Positions 18,054-35,029 of a stretch of 64,000 bases of DNA are shown here, in pieces. Position 1 is the stretch's first letter. The number at the start of each line of letters is the position of its first letter. The notes under the pieces are model-generated. The model was not told the DNA's origin. It saw only the letters and a program-made list of their open reading frames with translations, and searched no databases. This DNA comes from the human T2T-CHM13v2.0 reference genome, Homo sapiens. The stretch is from NCBI RefSeq assembly GCF_009914755.1, contig NC_060940.1. One strand, 5' to 3'. The position numbers were made by a program, and so were the translations under genes.

Positions 18054-19398
18054 TATTGAGGAGGGGTTGCAAATTTTAGCACATAGGCAAATTTGCAAAT
18101 ATGGAATAATAAGGATCAACTGTAATTACTGCTTTATGCCATTATCTTTTAAATCAGATAAGAAAAAGTTACGTCAACAATATATTTACACTGCCTTTTA
18201 TGTTTGCAATGTAATCACTTCTGCCAGTGCGCTCTATTTCTTTGTGTGGATACTGTCTAGTGTCCTTAAACTTCAGTCTTTCATATTTCTTGTCTCATCT
18301 CCTGGTGACATATTCTCAGTTTTTGTTTTTCTGGGAATGTCTTAATTTCTCCTTCATTTTTGAAGTAATTTTGTTGGTATAGAATTTGGGTTGACAATTG
18401 TTTGCTTTCAGCCCTTTCGCATGTCCTCTCACCACTTTCTGGTCTCTGTGGTTTCTGCTGTGAAGCCAGCTGTTAAGCTTGTGGCGGATCTCTTATGCCT
18501 AATGAGGGCAGCATTTTTCTCTCATAGTTTTCAGTATTCTCTCTTTGTCTTTCATTTCTGACAGATTGACTGTGTTTATGTGTGATCCTCTGAGTTTACT
18601 TAGTTCTTTTTGAGCTTCTTGGATGTGTAGGTAAATGTTTTTCATCAAATTTGAGAAGTATGTGGCCAGTATTTCTTCAAATATTCTTTATGCCCCTTTC
18701 TTTTTCCTCTCCTTCTGAAACTCGTATTATGGTGTGTTGGTAATCTTTGTGGAGTCCCGTAGGTCTCTAAAGTGCTGTTCACTTTTTTTAAAGCCTTTTT
18801 TCTTTCTATTCTTCAGACAGGATCATCTCAGTTGACCTGTCTTCAAGTTCATTGATTCTTTCTTCTGCCAGCTGAAATTGTCATTCAGCCCCTCTAGTGA
18901 ATTTTTCATTCAAATTACTGTAGTTTTCAACTCCAAAATTTCTATTTTAAAATTTTTATTATTTATCTTTGTTTATATTCTCTATTTGTCAAGACATCAT
19001 TCTCATACTTTCCTGTAATTCTTTAGACATGATTTCCTTTAGTTTTTTTAAATGTTAGTAAATATAACAGAAAAAGTCCCATTTTTACCACTTTTATGTG
19101 TACAGTTCAGTAATGTTAAGCACATTCGCATTGTTGTGCAGCCAATCTCCAGAACTTTTTCATCTTGTTAAAGTGAAGGTGTATACTCATTACACAGCAA
19201 TTCCCTGTTTCTTTCTCCCTCCCTCAGTCCCTGGCAGCTACCATTCTCTTTTCTGTTTCTATGAGTGACTACTCTATATACCTCATATAAGTGCATCATA
19301 CGGTACTTATCTTTTTATAATTGACTGACTTCACTTAGTTTCCTCAAAGTTCATCAATGTTGGGGCATTAGTTTTTTAAGCATATTTATAGTAGCTGA

Positions 19399-19705
<307 letters not shown>

Positions 19706-19772
19706 GCTGATTTGTAATCTTTATCTAATAAATCCAACATGTCTTCCTTAGGGATGGTTTCCATTGACTTCT

Positions 19773-20060
19773 CTTTTTCTTTTTTGAGACAGGGTCTCGC
19801 TCTGTCACCCAGACTGGAGTGCAGTGGCGCACTCATGGCTCATGGCAGCCTTGACCTTACCCAGGCTCAAGTGACCCACCCACCTCAGCCTCCCGAGTAG
19901 CTGGGACTACAGGCACACACCAGCATGCCTGGCCAATTTTTTGTAGAGACAGGGTTTCGCCATGTTGCCCAGGCTGGTCTCGAACTCCTGAGCTCAAGCA
20001 ATTTGCTCACCTTGGCCTCCCAGAGTACTGGGATTACAGGCATGAGCCACTGAACCCAGC
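19773..20060 (-). mobile_element. AluJ
   Basis: Diverged dimer; TSD tgacttctctttt. Confidence 0.9.
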
Positions 20061-21407
20061 TGACTTCTCTTTTTTTTTTTTACTCTTTAGGGCCGTACTT
20101 TTGTATTTCTTTGTGTGTGTCTCATAATTTTTTTTGTTGAAACTGAATATTTAGAGTGTTATATTTATATTAAATACAGTCAGATATATAATTGAATAAT
20201 ATAACCTTAAGGGTTTTTTGTTTGTGCTGTTGTTGTTGCTGTTTGTTTAGTGACTTTCTGGTTTCATTCTGTAAAGTCTGTTTTATTCATTAATGTGTGA
20301 CCACTGAAGTTGCTCAGTTTGTTTAGTGGTCAGCTAGTGACCGGACAGAGATTTCCTTAAGTACCTGGACAGTAGCTCTCCCACTCCTTGCCCAAGGGGC
20401 TCTTATGTGTGTATTGAAGTGGGCCTTTCACACTTTGGCAGATGGTTTACAACTCTGCCTTAGCCTTCACTTCCTGCTTTTGCAGAGCCTCAGTGTCTGC
20501 CAAAGATGAGCTTATAGGGCCTTCTCAGGTCTTTCCTGGATATACTTAGAGCCTGCACATTCACATGAAATTTTGGATTCTCAGGCATATGTCAAGGCTT
20601 TTCAAAGTCCCCATGAATATCTCATTTCCCAGTTTTTCCATTTAAGTTTTTTGGTCAGCCTCTTGTTAGTCCCAACTAGTTTCATTGCCTCAGGCAGCTG
20701 CAGTGCTAAAACAGTTGCCACTGGTTGTTTTTGGCAAATGTCCTAAGGATAAAACTGTTCTCACAGAGTGTTCTCTGAGTTAAGTCAAATAAGGATATGG
20801 AGCTCTTCTAAGGAACTGCCAGAGTCAAACAGGGACAGTTCTCTGGGGATGGGGCTTTTGAAGGATTGTAATCCTTTTCTACCCCCTAACAGGATTGCTA
20901 GGCTACTGGTTTTCACAGCTACTGGGGTTATGAGGCTGTTGATTTTGCTACCATGAACTTGAGAGAAAGGGATGAGTGTAAAGCAAGTTAAAATATCACA
21001 AAGCTCGTTCTGTTTATTGAGATTCAGCTGTTTTTCTTGAATAAGCACTCCTCAAATTGTTGCAAGTTAGTATGTAGCATTCTGAAAAAGTTGATTTTGA
21101 CAATTTTTGCTAGTGCTCTCATTGCTTTTCTGGAGGAGCAGATTTTCAGAGTTTCTTACTCTACCATTATATAATAGAAGTGCTTCCTCCCCCATTTCAT
21201 TTTGATTCTGTGCTTGAATGATTTCACTGCATGCTTCTGATACTTGTATTTTGGTTTATCACTTGTTCAGATGAAATATATCTTCAGGTTACTTCATTCA
21301 AAGATTTGTGTGTGAGTTGTATTTTGAATCTCTTCTATATTTGAGAAGGCTTCTTTGTTGTCTGCACCAGTAGTAATATATATGTAAATAAAATAAGAAT
21401 GTATTAG

Positions 21408-21716
<309 letters not shown>

Positions 21717-21721
21717 CAGAA

Positions 21722-22131
21722 TGTATTAGAATGTATTTCTTAAGACTGCCATAACAAAATACCACAGACTGGGTAGCTTTGAAGACCAAACAGAAATTTA
21801 TTTCCTTATGGTTTTGGAGGCTAGAATTCCAAGACCAAGGTGTTTATAGGTTTGATTTCTCCTAAGGCCTCTCTCCTTGGCTTACAGACAACCGACTTGT
21901 GGCTGTGTCCTCGGGAGACCTGTGTGCATGCATCCCTGGGGTCTCCTCTTTCCTCTTATAAGGGTACCAATTGTATTAGACTAGGGGCCCACTCTTACCT
22001 TCATTTAACCTTAATTACCTTCTTAAACACCCTGTCTCCAAATACAGTCTTCACCCTGACTGCCCTTGAGACAGAGCGGAGGGGGTTAGGGATTCTGTCA
22101 ATTTTGAGGGGGCACAATTCAGTCCATAACA
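21722..22131 (-). mobile_element. MLT1-family (MaLR) solo LTR
   Basis: ctgccataacaaaataccacagactgggtagc ... gggggcacaattcagtccataaca. Confidence 0.85.
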
Positions 22132-22418
22132 AAGGACATATATAATAGATACATAATATATATGTACCAGTGTGCCCATATCATGTACTTTATGTAAAAC
22201 GAAATCAGTTTTAAAAGGTAATTATATTTTCAATGAAAGCACTGTGTTCTAATTAGATAATTGTTTTTACTTCATAATATGTCTATCCTAGCTTATTATA
22301 TAAATAAAAGTGTCAACTCTGTTATTTTCTTGTGGTTCATACCTTTGCCTATACCCTTTTTAATGATACTTTGCAGGAATCTTTTTAAACCACTCAACCC
22401 ATTTGTAATATTAGGCTC

Positions 22419-22856
22419 TGTGAACCCGGAAAATTTGAGACAGGTCTCAGTTAATTTAGGAAGTATATTTGGCCAAGGTTGAGGACGCGCGCCCATGACA
22501 CAGCCTCAGGAGGTCCTGACGACACGTGCCCAAGGTGGTCAGAGCACAGCTTGATTTTATACATTTTAGGGAAGCATGAGACGTCAATCAGCATATGTAA
22601 GGTGAACATTGGTTTGGTCTGGAAAGGCAGGACAGCTCTCTGGAGAGGGCTTCCAGGTCACAGGTAGATAAGAGACAAACCCTTGTGTTCTTTTGAGTTT
22701 CTGATTAGCCTTTCCAAAGGGGGCAATCAGGTTTACCTCAGTGAGCAGAGGGGTGACTTTGAATAGAATGGGAGGCAGGTTTGCCCTAAGCGTTCCCAGC
22801 TTGATTTTTCCCTCTAGTCTGGTGATTTTGGGGGCCAAATATATTTTCTTTTCACA
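22419..22856 (-). mobile_element. MER4A-type ERV1 solo LTR
   Basis: tgtgaacccggaaaatttgagacaggtctcag ... tttcttttcaca; TG/CA ends; 4-bp TSD gctc/gcac. Confidence 0.88.
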
Positions 22857-23522
22857 GCACACATGGACAGCAATGTGCTGTAATTATAGTTAAGGCAGAT
22901 AAGTGAGGACACCACAGGCAGCCTTCGACCTTATGGAACTTCTTCTAAGTGAAGACATCAATTCCATTTTGGATATTAAATATTTACAAGCTATTTTTTT
23001 CTGGTATTTATAAATAAAAAAGATAAATACAAATACTAATATTTTCTACTTGCACTTTGGTGGGTCATTTTCCACTTTTGTGACCACTGGTCTAAATAGA
23101 TAAACAAATGTCTTCACAAATGGGTAGTAGGTTCACAGGTGTTCATTTTGTTATTATGCATCATATCTTATATATATTACATATATTTGATGTATTCAAG
23201 ATTGTAAAATATTTTAAACTAGTGATAATTTTGCTTGAAAATTCTGTAGGTGTTATTCTAATGACATTCTCATTTTTATTGCACAGGAGGAGGAATCTAA
23301 ATCTTTTCAATCTATAGTGTCAAGGTCTTCTAGAATATTTTCGTTTCTTTAATCCCTATTTTAATTTACTGAGACCTCTTCTTTAGTTATATTAACCAGT
23401 TATGAATTGTATCTCTTAATTTTTCCCGTATTTATCCCCTACATGTCTCTAAAGCCCTTTTTCTTCTATGTCCTGAACACTTTTCTCAAGTTTGTCTTTA
23501 TCACAGATTTAATTTCCATAGT

Positions 23523-24330
23523 TGAGGATATAGAGGAAAAGTAAACTCAGTTTCTCCTACTGCACTCTCACAACACAGAACACCTCTGACCAAATGCACG
23601 GGTTTTTTCTCCATATGCCAAGCAAGCAGTTCTTCAGCAACCGACCACAGCTGGGTGTCCTCTAATTCAATTCTGACAAAGTGTATCAGATCCTACGGGT
23701 TGAGCACTGAGTCCCACAAGACTGCCTCCCCCTTCAGATGCCAGTCGTGAGTTGACTTCCAGAACGTGTGACCAACCAGTTATAAATTGGAGTACCCACA
23801 AGCCCCCCTCCTCAGGTTTGCTTAATTTGCTAGAGTAGCTCACAGAACTCAGGGAAACAATTTACTTGCATTTACTGGTTTATTAAAAGAATATTTTAAA
23901 GAATACAAACAAACAGCACAGGAGCTTCCATCCCAGTGAAGTCAGGGTCCACCAGTCTTCTTGCACCTGGGTGTGCTCAAATTCACCTTCCTGGAAGCTT
24001 CCTGACCTCAGTCCTTTCGGGTTTTTAATGGAGGCCTTGTCACATAGGCCTGATTGATTAAATCACTGGCCATTGGTGATCAACTCAACTCTTAGCTCTT
24101 CTCCCCTCCCAAGAGATTGGGCTGGGGAACTGACAAGTCCTCAGCCCTCTAATCATGCCTTGGTCTTTCCTGTGACCAGCCCACATCCTGAAGCTGTGGA
24201 GGGACTGCCAGCCACCAGTCAATCACTAACATACAAAATGATACTTATCACTTTGGTGATTCCAAGGATTTTAGGAGTTGCATGTCAGGAAACAAAGAGA
24301 TGAAGGCCAAATATATATTTTACAGTATCA
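23523..24330 (-). mobile_element. MER21-type solo LTR
   Basis: cagctgggtgtcctctaattcaattctgaca ... gagtcccacaagactgcc ... ccaaggattttaggagttg. Confidence 0.8.
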
Positions 24331-25144
24331 TAATAGTATTAATTGTGTGTGGCTTTCAGAGCTGATTTTAGTTATGTTATTTTATCTTTATTTTCTGTTG
24401 TGGAAAATTTCAACCATAGCAAAAGCAGAGAAGATAGTATAATGAATTCTGTGGACTCATCACCCAGCTTTAATATCTTGTTTCATCTATTGCTTCCCAT
24501 TCTCCCCTACCCAACCTCTGATTATTTTGAAGCAGATTCCAGACATCATCTTTTCATAAATGTTTCAGTAGCTATCGACAAAAGATATACACTTTTAAAA
24601 AGCATAATCATACTATATCACACCTAAAGATGACAGTTACCTAGTCTTGTGTAATGAACTCTATGTAATCTATTCCTGGATTGCCTACAGACATCTATAG
24701 TTCTTCTCTTGTCAGAAATTATTATTGAAGAATAATTCTCAGTGTACATTCCTCCCACGGTTCATCCCATTGTGACTTCACATTCCTAGGAATAATGCGT
24801 CATATCACAGCTATTTCCATTCCCAGTCATACTTTGTAGGTAGGAATTATAGTCCTAGGATTGATACAGAAAATCTTTTAGTTGGGGAGAATAAAGGAGA
24901 AACAGCCCTAATTATTTTTGAAAGTGGCCCTGGATGTGGGCAGTAGAATCCCTGCTCTGAAGTTAGGGTAAGAAGATGAGGTTTGATAGCTACAAAGCTC
25001 TTAATTGTAATTTTCGTCCTTCCATGGACTCACCAGTTTGCCTCGGAGCTTCATCTGAGTAGTGATTACCAGAAATTATTTTCTGCCAGAATATTGATCA
25101 GTATTTCTGATGCTGTTTAAATTCTATATGTCTTTTTATGCTTT

Positions 25145-25761
25145 TGAAAACCAGAAAGTATCTGAGACAGGTCTCAACCAGTTTAGAAGTTTATTTTGGC
25201 AACGTTCTCCAGAGATGATTGTGAGGGCTTCAGTATTTAAAGGGGAATGGGCAGATATTGGGGAAAGAGGAAGAAATTTTAAAAGGTATGAGTAGACAAG
25301 AGACAAACGGTTGCATTCTTTTGAGTCTTTGATCAGCCATTCACCTGTGAGAGGGGAGCAGAGGAATAGTCACTGACGCATTCATCTAGCTTAGTGAATC
25401 TGCATTTCTACATAAGATAAAATAAATATAGCGTACAGGAAGCCATCAGATATGCATTTGTCTCAGGTGAGCAGAGGGATGACTTTGAGTTCTGTCCTTT
25501 GTCCTGTATGTGTAAAGAATAAGCTATCAATTTACATGGTTGGGGTGAAATTCAACAGAACTGTTACAGGTTAAAGATCTTGGGGCCCACAAGGAATTTC
25601 TCAGTGGGGGGATTGTGAGGGAGATATGTAGCTTTTTTTGTCTTTGTAGCTATCTTATTTGGAAACAAAATGGGAGGCAGGTTTGTGTGACGCAGTTCCC
25701 AGCTTGTCTCTTCCCTTTTGCTTAGTGATTTGGGGGTCCTGAGATTTACTTTCCTTTCACA
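25145..25761 (-). mobile_element. Second MER4-family solo LTR (MER4B/D-like)
   Basis: tatctgagacaggtctcaaccagtttagaagtttattttg ... gagatttactttcctttcaca; homologous ends to 22419-22856. Confidence 0.82.
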
Positions 25762-25794
25762 CTCTTCCTGAGTAAAAGAGGAAGGCAGGCAAAT

Positions 25795-26177
25795 TGGGCA
25801 CAAATTTAGCCTAAGTCTGCCTCCTTACATATTAATATTTTAAGTTTGGCCTAAAGGTTTCCCCTTACAAAGTAAACTGCAGCCTAACTAGCTGTGTAAA
25901 CACACTATTCTTAACACCAATCACAGATTTTCAGCAAGTCACAGGAAGTCAGCTGTTAACAAACTTTAAATAAAGCAAACACCAAGCTGTAAGCAATCCC
26001 GCTGTTTCTGTACACTCTTTGTTTTCTGCATGTCGCTTTCCTTTTTCTGTCCATAAATATTATCAAACCATATGCCAGAGTTTCTCTGAACCTATTCTGT
26101 TTCTGGGAGCTGCCCAATTTGAGACTTGTTCTTTGCTCAATTAAACTGTTAATTTATCTAGAGTTTTTCTTTTAACA
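25795..26177 (+). mobile_element. MER57-type ERV1 solo LTR
   Basis: aatttagcctaagtctgcctccttacat...taagtttggcctaaaggttt ... tttgctcaattaaactgtt...cttttaaca. Confidence 0.78.
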
Positions 26178-26411
26178 AGCATCACTAATTTTTTCTCCTT
26201 ATAATCTAGGTATTCTGTCACACTGTTTTAAAAACCTCCTTCATAATTCAGAAACATTGCTTTATTAATTTTCCTACTTTTTAAAAACGCTAGTGTCTTA
26301 AAATTTTAAGAGAAAAAAATTACTTGTTCAAGTCTGACAGCCATTTCTAAAACATATCCAGCATATATGAATTACATATGCTTAGAGCCATTAAAGAATA
26401 GAATTTTTTCC

Positions 26412-26722
<311 letters not shown>

Positions 26723-26726
26723 CTAG

Positions 26727-27137
26727 TGTTAAAAAATTACTCATGACGCTTATTAAAGGTGGTAAGGATTACTTTATTCAAGGTGGGAGACTACGTATAA
26801 GAAACACTGCAATGGGGTTTTGCAGTGACAGGAGGAGAGTGAATGGGGAATCAGTAGAGGGAAACATTCTAAGAGGAAGAATTGGGGTTACGGGGGATTC
26901 TCACTAGAAGGACACAACAGAACTCTTGCTGAAGGGAGGCCAGGGTGAAAAGATACTGGGTTAGAAGTGAGAACAGATACGTATGGGTATGGGTCATTTT
27001 TGCTAACCTGACTTAGCAGGATTCTTGCTCAAATTGGATTTTACAAAGACAGAGGGAAGGCTGACATTGGCCTAGTTGAGCAGAGGACTCAGAGGAGCCT
27101 GACTCAAGTTTGCGTCAAAAGAAGAGCGTTTTTGTCA
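26727..27137 (-). mobile_element. MER31-type solo LTR
   Basis: TG...CA ends, perfect 4-bp TSD ctag (26723-26726, 27138-27141); ggcctagttgagcagaggactcagaggagcctgac. Confidence 0.8.
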
Positions 27138-27192
27138 CTAGATGATAGTTTTAACTATTTTCCATACATAAACATTTTCCGTACCTAAACAG

Positions 27193-27505
27193 TTTGTTTG
27201 TTCATTTGTTTGTTAGTTTGTGTTGGATTTTCACTCTGTCGCCCACGCTGGAGTGCAGTGGCGTGATCTCAGCCCACGGCAACTTCTGCCTCCAAAGTTC
27301 AAGCAATTCTCATGCCTCAGCCTCCCGAGTAGCTGGAGCTACAGGCATGTGCCACCATACCAGGCTAATTTTTGTATTTTTTTTTAGTAGAGACAGAGTT
27401 TCACCATGTTGGCTAGGCTGGTCTCAAACACCTGACCTCAACTGATCTGCCTGCTTCGGCCTCCCAAAGTACTTGGATTACAGGTGTGAGCCACCGTGCC
27501 CGGCC
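27193..27505 (-). mobile_element. Alu
   Basis: Antisense dimer with (TTTG)n tail. Confidence 0.9.
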
Positions 27506-27748
27506 TGTGAACAGTTTTTAGATGATTAGTAGATAGTAAGACCACTCTTAACCAATTCAATACTGAACATAATTAGTTTTCCTTGATTACTTGAAAGTAC
27601 TTGTTTTTTAATGATATTAAACATTATTAAGTCTTGTGAAAATGTGAAATTAGAGCTTTCTGGGAATTCTAGATAGAGTTTCCAGTAATAATTAATGTTT
27701 AACAAAATTCAGAATTATGTATGAGGCCTAGAATTAAGACTAGCTTGG

Positions 27749-28028
27749 GGCTGGGCGTGGTAGCGCACGTCTGTAATCCCTGCACTTTGGGAGGCCAAGG
27801 CAGGTGGATTGCTTGAGGCCAGGAGTTTGAGACCAATCTGGCCAACATGGTGAAACCCCATCTCTACTAAAATTGCAAAAATTAGCCAGGTGGGGTGGTA
27901 CGCACCTGTAATCCCAGCTACTCAGGAGGCAAAGATTGTAGTGAGCTGAGACCATGCCACTGCACCTCAACCTTGGTGACAAAATGAGACTCTGTCTCAA
28001 ACAAAACAAAACAAAACAAAACAAAAAA
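27749..28028 (+). mobile_element. Alu with an internal right-arm deletion
   Basis: Dimer with (AAAAC)n tail. Confidence 0.9.
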
Positions 28029-28377
28029 CTAACTTTGGATAGTTTTGAAAATAAGTAAAACTTCAGAAAGAATCAGAAGGTAGGAAAAACTGCTTATATA
28101 GTTAAATTGTGGTTGGTGAGTATATTAGTCATTTTATTGCCTTTTTGAATATGTATGGCAACCCTATTTATAGTAATTGGGCGTAAGTGAGAGTGTTAAT
28201 ATGTTTAAGGTTTGGAACATGTAGAAGCTGTTGGTGCCTTATGAAAGTTCTGCACCAGCCCCTTAGCAACAAGTGCCTGTGACTTGAAGCTCTTTAATGT
28301 ACAGTTGCACATTTTAAGAATCCAAGTTGACTGATAAATTATCTAATGTATCTAATTCAAATATTTTTAAGAGCTAT

Positions 28378-28759
<382 letters not shown>

Positions 28760-29279
28760 TTAACTCATAGCAAAGGTTACTCTTATTTGGAATTCTCCTT
28801 TCAGTTAAATAATTTATACCAGACTTTCTGAAAATGTTTGAGGAGGATTATATGGGTTCTTATTTACTGGTTCTTTGAGAATTTCAAAATACTTTACACA
28901 TTTGCTTTATATTCCCATAGCAGTTTAGATAGGGTGTGTTACCAAGATGGAAACTGGTTCTGCAGGACTGGTAACTTATGATGGCCAAACAATGAGTCAT
29001 TAATAAATAGATTTTTGAACAAAGCTTGAAACTGTAATTTCTGCTGCTTTGTGCTATTACATTTTCAGAAATTTTGACACTGAACGTATTTTATTTTTTA
29101 AAAAGTATGTAGAATGTAGAGAATGCAAATAATAATGCTCAGATGTTAGTTTTGTCTGTTTCTTAAATTCTTCTGAGCAGAAATACCAACCTTGCCAGTA
29201 CATCATGTGTGTTTTCACTTATATACAGCCTTCTGTTGGCACTACTAAAGTTTTTAAAATGTTTTTTGTTCTCCCCTAG

Positions 29280-29430
29280 GTGTTGGATCCTGAACAAAAC
29301 CATAACTTCACAGATCATTATCTAAATGTGGCCTTTGACCTTTCTCAAGTTCTTTTTATAGCTACTGCCAACACCACTGCTACCATTCCAGCTGCCTTGT
29401 TGGACAGAATGGAGATCATTCAGGTTCCAG
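29280..29430 (+). CDS. LONP2: LONP2 coding exon (probably exon 9), sensor-1 and Arg finger
   Basis: Not in the ORF track. ttctcccctag|GTGTTGGAT ... GTTCCAG|gtacct; 151 nt, phase 0 to 1; [50 protein letters not shown]. Confidence 0.97.
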
Positions 29431-29640
29431 GTACCTGACTCTTAAATCATTATGATACATCTTGCCTTTCTGACCATAACTTTAAAATTAGTTATGCTAT
29501 GGAGTTTTGACTAAAAGAAGTTCATTTGCCAACATACAATCTTCAGAAGTTCTGAGGAATGTATATAAATCAGTTTCTATGTAGCTTCAAAGTCTGGAAG
29601 AGCAAAACAGCAAACGTTGACAACAACAATTTCAGATTTA

Positions 29641-30006
<366 letters not shown>

Positions 30007-30271
30007 GAGTAACTGAACTTTCTCATAAAATCTGGCCTCACTTTTATATTAAAGTGCATGCCGCTTTTAAATTCCTCTTGAATCTGTCAAATAGTTAAAT
30101 TTTTTAAATGTCTTCCCTGTCACTGGAGCGTGCAAAATGTATTCCTTCAGTTACTAACACTAGATAAGTTATAGCATTTTCACCTTATTTTAATTGCTCA
30201 GAATTGTTTTTCCCTGGAAGAGATCAAATATCACTGAGTTTTTTTTTAATGTAGAGTAGAATCTAAATGTC

Positions 30272-31249
<978 letters not shown>

Positions 31250-31659
31250 TGAGCATTGCAGGTTCCTGTATTTAGTTTTAAAATATGGTAGAGTAAAAAG
31301 TTAATTGTGTGTATTTAAAGTCTAAAGTAAATAAGTAATGAATTCCCTGGAAACTCCAAGTTATGGCAGAAAATTCATTAGATACACTAAAGTAAAGTGA
31401 AAGAATCAGGACAGCTGCTGCAGAGGGGAGCATATGATGCCACCTTCTTCCTTTGGCAGATTTAGCTGTCCGATCTTCTAGCTTTCCTGGTGTTTACTAA
31501 CCTCTTTCCATTCAAAAGGTGCCTTATCAATTCATATTTTTAATTTTTGCTTGTTAAATGGAAAGGGACATTAGTTGGAATTTTGTCTTACGGGATTTAG
31601 AGACAAAGGAAATCTATATTTATTCAGGCTATTAAATAAGAACATTATGTGTTCTAAAT

Positions 31660-31755
31660 ATACTATATATAGAAAAAATACATATATACATACATAAATA
31701 CATATGCACACATATATAAATACATACACACACACACACACATATATATATATAC
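31660..31755. repeat. (TA)n/(CA)n compound low-complexity repeat
   Basis: atacatatatacatacata...cacacacacacacatatatata. Confidence 0.9.
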
Positions 31756-31889
31756 CATCATGTGGAGGAAAAAACCTTTTATATGGACATCTTAGGTTTT
31801 CTTTTGCTGCTACAATTTATTTTATAGTCATAGTTCTGGAAACAGTATCTTTAGAGCCCTTCCCTTGGAACCCACTGCTTATTTAATTG

Positions 31890-31891
<2 letters not shown>

Positions 31892-31939
<48 letters not shown>
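31892..31939 (+). repeat. (GT)24 microsatellite
   Basis: Perfect gt dinucleotide run. Confidence 0.97.
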
Positions 31940-31941
<2 letters not shown>

Positions 31942-32162
31942 CAAGTATAGATCAAATTAGGCTAAAAAGATGCATTTATTCTTCTATTTGAAATTTCAGA
32001 GGATTTGAGGATAAAGAGATAATTGTCTCTAAGATTTGAGGTGTTTTCCTCTTTGGGAAATATATCATTTAATCAGAAAACTTTCAAGCACTGTGCTTAG
32101 TAAATGCTTGTTTTGTTTGTGAAAACGTTGGAAATTTTAACAATTATTGACTTAGATCAAAT

Positions 32163-32460
<298 letters not shown>

Positions 32461-32571
32461 AGAATAAATTTCTTCATTGTAATTATAGTCTCATTTGAAA
32501 TAATACTTAAATTTGTTCTAAATCTAAGATCCATTTAATCTACATTTGATTCATTAAAAAAGCATGGCACT

Positions 32572-32870
<299 letters not shown>

Positions 32871-32930
32871 AAAGCATGGCATTATGGGAGCCATGTAAAT
32901 AATTACAAAACAAGATCTCTTCTTTTCCAG

Positions 32931-33057
32931 GTTATACACAGGAGGAGAAGATAGAGATTGCCCATAGGCACTTGATCCCCAAGCAGCTGGAACAACATGG
33001 GCTGACTCCACAGCAGATTCAGATACCCCAGGTCACCACTCTTGACATCATCACCAG
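32931..33057 (+). CDS. LONP2: LONP2 coding exon (probably exon 10)
   Basis: Not in the ORF track. tcttttccag|GTTATACA ... ACCAG|gttagt; 127 nt, phase 1 to 2; [43 protein letters not shown]. Confidence 0.97.
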
Positions 33058-34605
33058 GTTAGTTAGCCATCCTGAGGCTTCATTAACTCCAGGCAACTTT
33101 TGAGTATTTACTGAGTTACCAAACAGGACATAGAGTATCAATATTTGAGTTTTTCATCTTTTGAGATAAGCCACAGTCTCCTGAAAAGGAGATTAGTTTA
33201 TTGGCATCCCATAGCATCCATTTCTCTTTCTTCAACAACTTCCAGCAAGTGTTATCATAACTATTGATTTACACCGTTCTCTACACTAGGCAGAAGTTTA
33301 CAGAGAAACCATTTGGAATATTGTTATAGCTAAAGCTGAAATTTATGCTTTGCCACAATAGCAATATAAGGGGTTAATTTGATCATTTAAAAACCAAATA
33401 CATGGCAAATATAGAGACACTTTTTATGCCCAGGATCTTGAAAGTTGTTGAATTCTCTTAAGAGGTGATATGCTACTTTCAGATAATCTGATTTAAGTTA
33501 CTCACTTTTCTTTTCTTCTCTTTGGCTGAGAGATTTTTAAAATCCTTAGAATTTTGATCTTCAGAATTAACACTGGAACAATAGAGAAGGTGCCTTCCCA
33601 AGTTTACTACCAAATGCTTAAGCCTGTAGCAAGCAGTGTGTAAATTATCTGAATAGAGTATTGCTTAGTCTAATTTACAGATTCCCTGTTTGAATGGAAA
33701 ATATACTCTGTTGAGAATTTATATCCACCACAGCCTCTTACAGTTTTCCTAGCTCAGTATTACAGATCCATTGCATCATCCAGCAAGTCATGTCAGGCTG
33801 CCAAGCTCTCCTCTTGCGGCCCTTTTCTAGTAACTACTGTTTTTAAGAGATTTGAAGTATCTCTCTATTTTGAACTTTGACTTAGAGTTTGGCCAGACTG
33901 TCTTTTGATCTATGCCTTCTTATGGATCTATTTAGATTTATATACAAAGCAGTAAGACTAAGTCTTACCTGGGGGTTCCTTTTCTTAATTTGTCTTGTGA
34001 TTTATGGTGTAGATAATGCCAGGAGAAATAAATTAAGTGACTTATATGTCTGAGTCTTCCAACAATATCATTATTCCAGATAACACCCATGATGCCTTTG
34101 GGTAACTTTCAATAAGTCATTTAACATTTTTGATAGCTTCCCCATCTGTAAAATATGAGGGATGGAGAAAAATCCAGAGTTTATCTGAATAATAATGATT
34201 CTGAAGAGTGATCATTATTTATATTTCCCAGTTGTTACCTAGAGAACTGTTTCTTTTTTTATGTATACTTGTTAACTCAAAATATCAGATCTTAAAAGCT
34301 GTGGACATAAGGAAATATCTGGAGCAGTTTTGTTAGTTTTGATATTGTTTTTAAAAACAGCACAAGTATGTACTATTCCAGGCACGTTTTTGGATATTTA
34401 GTGAGTTACCAAACTTAGGACATAGAGTATCAATATTTGAGTTTTTCATCTTTTGTGATAAGTCACAGTCATAGACCCTAATGTTCTAGTCTTTCTTATC
34501 TCCAAGTATAACTCACCTGCTTGAATACTTCCAGTCCCAGTATGCTTAATTCTAGCGAATAACTACCTTTTCATGGGTAATTCTAACTGTAACAAAGATA
34601 TTCTT

Positions 34606-34998
<393 letters not shown>

Positions 34999-35029
34999 CT
35001 ATTCACTTTTCTATAATTTTCTTCTTCTG

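Noticed and set aside
22419-25761. Two MER4-like LTRs in the same orientation 2.3 kb apart, suggesting a provirus
   Set aside because: They differ in length and internal sequence, the first has its own TSD, and no gag/pol/env remnants are visible between them
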